Shown piece by piece: positions 6,473 to 12,292 of a stretch of 12,292 nt of DNA. Position 1 is the stretch's first letter. Every line of letters starts with the position of its first letter. The notes under the pieces are model-generated. The model was not told the origin of the DNA and did not search any database. It saw only the letters and a list, made by a program, of their open reading frames with translations. A program made the translations under genes and the position numbers. The DNA comes from a virus (taxonomy: Duplodnaviria; Heunggongvirae; Uroviricota; Caudoviricetes), in the IMG/VR virus record IMGVR_UViG_2547132278_000008, positions 1 through 12,292 of that record. One strand, given 5' to 3'.

Positions 6473-8156
6473 GAATACAGCCCTTTCCATCATCGACGAT
6501 GCCAGCTCAAACACGGCTATCGACTATCGTCAGGAAATGAATGTCATCCACGAAATCGTGGCCGAGTGCGAGAAAGAGATCGCCTTCATGTATCAGGTAC
6601 ACGACTTCGTTTATGGCGACGAACGCCACAACATGATTAATCGCCTGCTGAGACTAAACCATCGACCAGATGAAGATCGCTCGCGTTTAAATCGAGGTTG
6701 GTTGGATAAAGTCGATCTGGAATGGGTGAAACAGAATATTTGGGCCGAGTACTGGAGGAAGGTCACGGACATGACTAACGTTTTGCTGATCATGCCAGCT
6801 TCCCGTCGAGATGAGTGGCGCGAGCAGTTTATAGAGGGCAAACAGGAAGTCATCAAAACTGACAGAACCGGCTGCCAGATGAAGGTTAAAGAGTTCGTTG
6901 GTGTACCGGAGTTCAAAGCAGAAACGGTCATACCCACGATGCTTAATTTGCTGAATGACAGGCACAAATATCTCTCTGAGCGCGTGTATGGCTTGTTTAA
7001 GGCGCTGAGTCCTGCGCACAAGACAAATAAGACAAACGGTTTCAGCGAGCGTCTGATAATCGCTGACTGCATTTCTGATTTCTGGCGGGACAGCGTTAGC
7101 GTGAACTATCGCAAAGAGGACTACATCGACGATCTGCGTGTCTTGCTTCATTTCTTCGCGCACAAAGAATTTATTACCATCAACCGCACTGCTGAGGTGC
7201 TATCAGCTGCGTATCGGGCAAACGACTGCCAGACCGGTGACTGGATGAACGTCGATGGAAATCTGATGCGCGTGAAGATGTTCAAGAACGGCAACGTTCA
7301 CTTTGAAATACATCCTGACGTGGCCTGGAAGTTGAATGAGGTGCTGGCTTACAGTATGCCTGCTGCAATCCCCGCGCCATGCCGAACTGCGCCAAAAACA
7401 CGGGCACCAAAGCAGTTCGGGTTAATCCAGAAGACGATCTCCGTGCCGGTTCGCACTGCGCTTCGTGACGGGCGATTGAGCAAAGACAAAGGCGTATGGT
7501 ACTTCTCTGATTCAGCTCTCCAGAAGTCGCAGGTGGAAGAGCTTGAGCGCACACTGAGCTTCATTGGCGGCGTGCAGGAGAAAAAGCACTGGCAGTTCCC
7601 GTATGACATCGGCCATACGCTAAATACGATTGTGGCTACCGGTTTAATACCGGATACAAAATCACACCAGTTCTACCCTACCCCACGCTTGATTGCTGAG
7701 TACGTTGCAAGAGCCACTGAATTGAAGCCTGGTGAGAAGCTGTTGGAGCCTCAAGCCGGACGTGGGGATCTTCTGGCCTATATAAACGCCGATCTGGAAG
7801 ATGTTACCTGCATAGAAATCGCACCTCTCTTCGCTGATATCCTGCGTGGAAAAGGGTATACGAACACGATTTGCTGCGACTTCATAAAGTGGTCTGAGGA
7901 CAACGCAGGTTATCAGTTCGACAAAATCGTTATGAACCCGCCGTACTCGCTTGGTCGTCATAGAGAGCACACGCTGGCTGCGCTGGGGCATCTGAAAGTC
8001 GGCGGGCGTCTTGTAGCAGTATTGCCGGGCACTGCGCCAATACTGGACTGGATGACGATGGATAATTACGTTTATGCCAGAGGGAAGTCGTTTACCAACG
8101 AGTTTGAAGACACAGGGATCACAGTCAGCGTATACGTTTTCAAACGCGTTAAATGA
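6471..8156 (+). CDS. Large protein (561 aa): N-terminal ~400 aa of unknown function fused to a C-terminal N6-adenine methyltransferase domain
   Basis: A motif I-like segment (LLEPQAGRGDLLAYI) and motif IV (VMNPPYS) sit in the last ~150 residues. The N-terminal region has no motif I recognise. Confidence 0.75.
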   Translation: MNTALSIIDDASSNTAIDYRQEMNVIHEIVAECEKEIAFMYQVHDFVYGDERHNMINRLLRLNHRPDEDRSRLNRGWLDKVDLEWVKQNIWAEYWRKVTDMTNVLLIMPASRRDEWREQFIEGKQEVIKTDRTGCQMKVKEFVGVPEFKAETVIPTMLNLLNDRHKYLSERVYGLFKALSPAHKTNKTNGFSERLIIADCISDFWRDSVSVNYRKEDYIDDLRVLLHFFAHKEFITINRTAEVLSAAYRANDCQTGDWMNVDGNLMRVKMFKNGNVHFEIHPDVAWKLNEVLAYSMPAAIPAPCRTAPKTRAPKQFGLIQKTISVPVRTALRDGRLSKDKGVWYFSDSALQKSQVEELERTLSFIGGVQEKKHWQFPYDIGHTLNTIVATGLIPDTKSHQFYPTPRLIAEYVARATELKPGEKLLEPQAGRGDLLAYINADLEDVTCIEIAPLFADILRGKGYTNTICCDFIKWSEDNAGYQFDKIVMNPPYSLGRHREHTLAALGHLKVGGRLVAVLPGTAPILDWMTMDNYVYARGKSFTNEFEDTGITVSVYVFKRVK

Positions 8157-8217
8157 TAGGTAAATACTTACTTAATTTATGTAAGAATGTAGTTACTAAA
8201 CGATAAGAGAAAAACAC

Positions 8218-8922
8218 ATGAGCAACCTCCAGTTAGAGCATTTTAACGTCACAGGCCATTCCGATTTTCCTTTCAAGTTTACATTGAAAGGTTATGCAGA
8301 GGATGCGGTAGGCCAGATCATTATTGATAAAGGCATCGTTAAGTTTGAGGGGAATTTTGATGAATCCGCGAAAACATTCATAGACTTCGTTGCCAAACGT
8401 TGGAGCGAGCAATGGAAAGACCTGGAAAAGCGCGCTAGTGAGTTTGATCGGTTCATGGATGCAATGGATACAGCAAAAGAGGCTCTTGCTGCCGGGACTC
8501 CGTTAGATCTGGAGTCACTTTTCAACGGCGAAGTGGCCTCTGCGATGTTCGCCACCATGTTCGCGGGTGAGTTCGTCCGCAGCGGTGCCAAAAACTACCT
8601 TGAGCTGGATTACAACGTCCCTGCAATTGGCGATTTCGTCGTTACCATCCAACGCAAAGAAGGTAAGACGCCAGGTGAACGCGTCGCAGAGCTTGAGGCC
8701 GTTGTGGATCAGCGTAACGGAGAGTGTGACCGTTTGATCAACGAGCTTCATGCACTTCGGGAAGAAAGAATATGCGCGGGTAGTAATACACGTAATGCAG
8801 CGGATATCTACTTCCAGTTAGTTGAGGAATGCCAGATTCCACCAGGTGGCTCTCTTGTCGATTACGTCAGACATTTAATGGCGGAAGTTAACTCCAGCCA
8901 TAAAGATGGTGAGGTGCGCTGA
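8218..8922 (+). CDS. Hypothetical protein (234 aa), downstream of the methyltransferase fusion with no intervening terminator
   Basis: Leader ...AAGAGAAAAACACATG. Long ORF with a clean shadow pattern; no recognised motif. Confidence 0.6.
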   Translation: MSNLQLEHFNVTGHSDFPFKFTLKGYAEDAVGQIIIDKGIVKFEGNFDESAKTFIDFVAKRWSEQWKDLEKRASEFDRFMDAMDTAKEALAAGTPLDLESLFNGEVASAMFATMFAGEFVRSGAKNYLELDYNVPAIGDFVVTIQRKEGKTPGERVAELEAVVDQRNGECDRLINELHALREERICAGSNTRNAADIYFQLVEECQIPPGGSLVDYVRHLMAEVNSSHKDGEVR

Positions 8923-9302
8923 TGTTTGGCATTGATGCACAGCGTATAGCAGCTTTTGCAAAAAGTCCTCTTGATAATCCCTTGTCTCGTAGTGAGCAAA
9001 TGGCGCTGGCAAGGCTTTTTCTTCACATTCAAAAACAGGCAGACGTTTTCAATAACATGCCTGATCAACCTATTCTGGATGGTCACATCCAGATGGTCAT
9101 TAACAGTCATGAGAAAGGCTGGGCTGCAATCGTCCCCTGCACAATTACATACAAGTTGGCGAAAGAGGTTCAAGAGTTTCGAAAAGTCAGCGTCGAATCA
9201 GAGTCTACCAAAGCCGCAATAAACACTCTTATTCGCATGGGGTTCACATGGGACGGTGGAGCTTACTGGCAAGCACCTCAACCCATTTTATCCGACAATT
9301 AG
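8922..9302 (+). CDS. Hypothetical protein (126 aa), translationally coupled to the 8218 gene
   Basis: TGATG stop/start overlap at 8920-8924. No recognised motif. Confidence 0.55.
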   Translation: MFGIDAQRIAAFAKSPLDNPLSRSEQMALARLFLHIQKQADVFNNMPDQPILDGHIQMVINSHEKGWAAIVPCTITYKLAKEVQEFRKVSVESESTKAAINTLIRMGFTWDGGAYWQAPQPILSDN

Positions 9303-9332
9303 GCGCTACAAATCCTTCTGCATGAATAAATA

Positions 9333-9367
9333 AAGGCCATAAGTTATGGCCTTAAATAAATTGTTTT
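9333..9367 (+). terminator. Hairpin with downstream T-tract (terminator-like); tail carries a degenerate operator half-site
   Basis: AAGGCCATAA g TTATGGCCTT (9333-9353), then AAATAAATTGTTTT (9354-9367). Confidence 0.45.
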
Positions 9368-9440
9368 CTACCTTTTCTTATTTGTGAAAATAAACCAGCA
9401 CTTGGTAGTGCTTATGTAACAGCAAAGAAGAGAAAAACAC

Positions 9441-9941
9441 ATGAGTAACAAAATCGAAAATCCCGTAGTTCTCATTCACAAGCGCGAGAACCACGACTCC
9501 TATGCGGTGGCGATCACCAATGGGAGTCACGATTTTTACGATGGCCTGCTAATGGCCTCAGTGTCGCCTGATGAGGCAGACAACTCTTTTGCCGTCTTCG
9601 CTATGGTTGGTTACTACATGGCTGCCGAAATTGAGAAGTTGCGGGCGCAAAGAGACGCATTAGCGGCGGAGAATGCAGCCCTGAAAGAATCTGAGCGAGC
9701 ATTCGATGCGATGTGTGCCGAGGAACACGGAGATAATTGGGTTAGCGAATTAACGGAGACTCCAGCCACCGATACTTTTCTGGCTGAAGTACGTGCGCAG
9801 GGCGTGGATATGGCTCGTAACGCGATGATTGATTTTGTTGATGGTGAAGTTGGGCCAAACAAGAACGTTCCGGGGCTGATTAGAGGCGCAGAGATATGCG
9901 TAAGTATTGCTGAACAGCTTCGTAAAGGAGTCATCCAGTGA
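9441..9941 (+). CDS. Hypothetical phage protein (166 aa), first gene of a six-gene coupled operon
   Basis: Leader ...GAAGAGAAAAACACATG. Contains a coiled-coil-like AEIEKLRAQRDALAAENAALKE segment. Confidence 0.6.
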   Translation: MSNKIENPVVLIHKRENHDSYAVAITNGSHDFYDGLLMASVSPDEADNSFAVFAMVGYYMAAEIEKLRAQRDALAAENAALKESERAFDAMCAEEHGDNWVSELTETPATDTFLAEVRAQGVDMARNAMIDFVDGEVGPNKNVPGLIRGAEICVSIAEQLRKGVIQ

Positions 9942-10405
9942 GCAAGATTGACTATCAGGCACTGCGTGAAAAGGCAGAGAAAGCAACGTGTGGTAAGTGG
10001 TCGCTCGAATATGGAGAGAGCCGATTTGATGGTGATGATGCGCTAATTCATCGTGAAGTTGCTGGATATATTCCTATTTGCAGAATTGAAGGAGCGCATC
10101 CTGAAAGCGGTTTCGATGAAGATTTCCAGATGGAACAGCAGGCCAATGCTGAATTCATCGCCGCAGCCAGTCCAGCTACCGTGCTGGCACTACTGGATGA
10201 GATCAACGCATTAGAGGAAACGCGTATCAACGATGTTTGCCGTATTGCGGAACTAACAAAACAACTGGAGTTGGCAAAATCAAAACTCAACGAGCAGCGT
10301 GAGTATTACGAGGGCGTTATCTCGGATGGAAGTAAGCGCATAGCCGCTCTTCTTCGCAAGGACAATCTTGCCAGCGCCACGAACATTGAAGGTGAAAGAA
10401 AATGA
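9938..10405 (+). CDS. Ead/Ea22-like phage protein (155 aa)
   Basis: GTG start with AAGGAG at 9925-9930; GTGA overlap with the upstream stop. The N-terminal [18 protein letters not shown] and later [23 protein letters not shown] resemble lambdoid Ea22-like proteins from memory. Confidence 0.6.
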   Translation: MSKIDYQALREKAEKATCGKWSLEYGESRFDGDDALIHREVAGYIPICRIEGAHPESGFDEDFQMEQQANAEFIAAASPATVLALLDEINALEETRINDVCRIAELTKQLELAKSKLNEQREYYEGVISDGSKRIAALLRKDNLASATNIEGERK

Positions 10406-10725
10406 CCACATCGCACTCTGCTATTACCCAAGAAAAAGCCTTCAACATACTCGAACGACTAGAGACGCTCGCTACGGAGGAGGATATATCCCCGGAGAAA
10501 CTGGTTGAGTTCAGCCGTGTGATATTGCGTCGCAAGAACGATATGGAGCGGCTGACATCTGGCGCTCCATCCTTATCAGTCAGGCGAACACTTTGTTGCA
10601 GCTTCTGCAACAAATCCCAGTACGCCGTCAAAAAGTTAATTGCTGGGGACGCCGTTTTCATCTGCGACGAGTGTGTGGATGTGTGCAACAGAATTATCCG
10701 GGGAGAGAAAGAGGGATCAGCATGA
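10402..10725 (+). CDS. Small protein with a C-terminal ClpX-type C4 zinc-finger domain (107 aa)
   Basis: ATGA overlap at 10402-10405. [35 protein letters not shown] aligns closely to the ClpX N-terminal zinc-binding domain ([34 protein letters not shown]). Confidence 0.65.
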   Translation: MTTSHSAITQEKAFNILERLETLATEEDISPEKLVEFSRVILRRKNDMERLTSGAPSLSVRRTLCCSFCNKSQYAVKKLIAGDAVFICDECVDVCNRIIRGEKEGSA

Positions 10726-11252
10726 AATTTTCCAAATTTTCTGAGTTGGTGAATCGTATTTTGTCCAACAACCACAGCCATCGTCGCGATATGGATGTAA
10801 CGATCGTTGTTCATTCGCCTGGTCGCATCGGTTCAACACCATCAGTTGAGGTTCAGTCAATTCAGGCGGGTTTTGATTGGGATGCCGGGCAAGTGATGAT
10901 TTTTCCAGCACAGCCACTGACCACGCTAACACCAGAGCAGGTTGCTGATATCACTGATAGTGTGCGCAAAGGTCAGTCTTGGCACGCGTATCAGGAATAC
11001 AAGAAGCATAAAGAGCAGTTGGAAAAATTGTCGATGGAGTTGGAAGCCGCTAAACAGCGGGAAAAAGATCTGTTTATGGAAAATGTTCGACTTAAGTCAG
11101 GTATAGCCGGTCTGATACACCTCGGTATTCGATATGCGGATGTTGAGGTCATGAAAATTGCTGGAGATGCCCAGCTTTCTACTCCATGCACTGACAGCAT
11201 CATAAACAGCATTGCAGCAGGCATTTTCACCAAAGAGGGGGCAGCACGATGA
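10722..11252 (+). CDS. Hypothetical protein (176 aa)
   Basis: ATG 10722 overlaps the upstream stop (ATGA), with GAGGG 6 nt upstream. The track ORF 10593..11252 is an in-frame 5' extension that overlaps the previous gene. Confidence 0.55.
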   Translation: MKFSKFSELVNRILSNNHSHRRDMDVTIVVHSPGRIGSTPSVEVQSIQAGFDWDAGQVMIFPAQPLTTLTPEQVADITDSVRKGQSWHAYQEYKKHKEQLEKLSMELEAAKQREKDLFMENVRLKSGIAGLIHLGIRYADVEVMKIAGDAQLSTPCTDSIINSIAAGIFTKEGAAR

Positions 11253-11434
11253 GAACACTAGAGGTTCGCGCTGAAGACGTAATCCCTGGTGATGTGCTCA
11301 TAACATCTAAAGGTCAACAATGTGCGGTTAAATCTTTTTGGATGGAAAATGACAAAGTGACTCTGTTCGGTACGGATGGTTCCGAAACTGATTATGACTA
11401 CGACGAATTGCTTGTTGTTGAGAGAGCTGCCTAA
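11249..11434 (+). CDS. Hypothetical small protein (61 aa)
   Basis: ATGA overlap at 11249-11252 with AGAGGGGG upstream. Confidence 0.45.
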   Translation: MRTLEVRAEDVIPGDVLITSKGQQCAVKSFWMENDKVTLFGTDGSETDYDYDELLVVERAA

Positions 11435-11940
11435 TGACCACCGTTAACAATAAGAAATGCTACCCAAGCGAGAAATATCTTAATGAGCTGATCACCAACA
11501 TTGAGTTTGCTGCAAGGGCACCAGTTGAAGTCGTGAGAGCGATTGCAGCAGAGCTACAGAAGCACCGTAAGGCCTATGCCAATACAGCCGCATCTAAGGA
11601 TGGTTGGATAAGCTGTAGTGAGCGAATGCCTGTAATTGGCGAGCTAAATTGGAGAACTAGTTTTCCTTTACTGGTTATGTGTGAGATCGGCGTTATACCT
11701 GCTTATTACGGCTTTGTGAGCGTTAATGGTGATAGGCATTATGGCTTTATGGAGAGTCTTAAATACGGAGACGATAACGGCAACCATCCTCAAACTAATG
11801 AATATGGTCTGATTAGCAATGTCACACACTGGATGCCACTACCAGAACGCCGCAGGAGTCGAACAGTGAATAATGCAGAGTTATTTCAGAAAATATGTAA
11901 GCGTCAACGGAGCACCGTATTGACGCTTATTTATTGGTGA
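11434..11940 (+). CDS. DUF551-like phage protein; last ~14 codons and stop are supplied by the inserted IS66 terminus (3'-disrupted)
   Basis: TAATG overlap at 11432-11436. GWISCSERMP and THWMPLPE motifs are typical of DUF551 from memory. The IS-like terminus begins at 11897, inside the ORF. Confidence 0.55.
   Translation: MTTVNNKKCYPSEKYLNELITNIEFAARAPVEVVRAIAAELQKHRKAYANTAASKDGWISCSERMPVIGELNWRTSFPLLVMCEIGVIPAYYGFVSVNGDRHYGFMESLKYGDDNGNHPQTNEYGLISNVTHWMPLPERRRSRTVNNAELFQKICKRQRSTVLTLIYW
11897..11929. repeat. Terminal inverted repeat of the IS66-family element (starts GTAAGCG), containing an internal 9-bp palindrome
   Basis: GTAAGCGTCAACGGAGCACCGTATTGACGCTTA; IS66-family ends typically begin 5'-GTAA. 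Internal arms AAGCGTCAA and TTGACGCTT. Confidence 0.55.
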
Positions 11941-12292
11941 GTACTACGTTCCATGGCAGGAGTTCGTCAACACGGTTGGAGGGCCATTCCGGCAGTACGC
12001 TCAGAATATGGCGCAGATACGCTTCCGGATCGATACCGTTCAGTCGGCAGGTGCCGATCAGCCCGTACAGCAGTGCTCCACGCTCGCCGCCGTGATCGCT
12101 ACCGAAGAACACGTAATTTTTCTTTCCGAGACAGACTGCACGAAGCGCTCTTTCCGCTGTGTTATTGTCCACCTCCGCCAGACCGTCATCACTGTAATAA
12201 CAGAGGGCGTCCCACTGATTCAGTACATAGCTGAACGCTTCGCCCAGTCTGGATTTTTTCGACAGCGTGCCATTCTTCTCCACCATCCATTC
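11927..12292 (-). CDS. IS66-family transposase (TnpC-like), C-terminal part; 5' end outside window
   Basis: The - strand translation ...NNTAERALRAVCLGKKNYVFFGSDHGGERGALLYGLIGTCRLNGIDPEAYLRHILSVLPEWPSNRVDELLPWNVVLTNK matches the conserved IS66 transposase C-terminus from memory. Confidence 0.8.
   Translation of the reverse strand, partial: EWMVEKNGTLSKKSRLGEAFSYVLNQWDALCYYSDDGLAEVDNNTAERALRAVCLGKKNYVFFGSDHGGERGALLYGLIGTCRLNGIDPEAYLRHILSVLPEWPSNRVDELLPWNVVLTNK

Larger units (their letters stand above)
11897..12292 (-). mobile_element. IS66-family insertion sequence, terminal part (continues beyond window end)
   Basis: The C-terminus of an IS66-type transposase lies directly next to a GTAAGCG-type terminus. 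Confidence 0.75.

Noticed and set aside
6611-7991. Several - strand ORFs of 86-158 aa inside the large methyltransferase-fusion gene (6611..7072, 6687..7163, 7282..7554, 7349..7609, 7662..7991)
   Set aside because: They lie entirely within a long, motif-bearing + strand gene, lack ribosome-binding sites, and have low-complexity Ser/Arg-rich translations typical of antisense shadow ORFs.
8956-9222. 88-aa + strand ORF in an alternative frame inside the 8922..9302 gene
   Set aside because: It is nested inside a gene that is translationally coupled to its upstream neighbour, and it has no ribosome-binding site of its own.
10593-10721. 5' extension of the 10722..11252 gene as given by the ORF track
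   Set aside because: The extension overlaps the ClpX-zinc-finger gene in another frame. ATG 10722 gives a 4-nt stop/start overlap and a GAGGG site, matching the coupling pattern of the rest of the operon.
11953-12234. 93-aa + strand ORF inside the IS66 transposase region
   Set aside because: Arg-rich low-complexity translation lying antisense to a transposase C-terminus with strong recalled family similarity.

Overview
This 12.3 kb window is a phage-like accessory region, with every credible cargo gene on the + strand, bracketed by two unrelated insertion sequences. All calls rest on reading the sequence and recalled protein motifs; no searches were run. At the left edge (1..~309, - strand) is the 5' part of an IS21-family-like transposase gene, and its insertion appears to have removed the 5' end of a DEDDh 3'-5' exonuclease gene (305..769). 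At the right edge (11897..12292, - strand) is the terminus of an IS66-family element, whose GTAAGCG-type end has replaced the 3' end of a DUF551-like gene. Between them lie terminator-delimited, moron-like cassettes: a very acidic protein followed by a small Dam-family N6-adenine methyltransferase; a small ORF; an ORF-free, repeat-rich ~580 bp region followed by an intact RNase HI paralog; a frame-ambiguous small-protein cluster; a TerB-like protein coupled to an unannotated 52-aa membrane protein; a single unknown gene; a three-gene operon headed by a 561-aa protein with a C-terminal adenine-methyltransferase domain; and a six-gene translationally coupled operon with Ea22-like, ClpX-zinc-finger-like and DUF551-like proteins. 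Several cassettes share a palindromic operator-like motif (AAAACAA-C-TTGTTTT) and near-identical leaders ending in ...GAAAACACATG. The best candidates for an undescribed system are the methyltransferase-fusion operon (6428..9367), the TerB-like/membrane pair (5002..5653) and the structured region plus RNase HI module (2933..4105); all are hypotheses.
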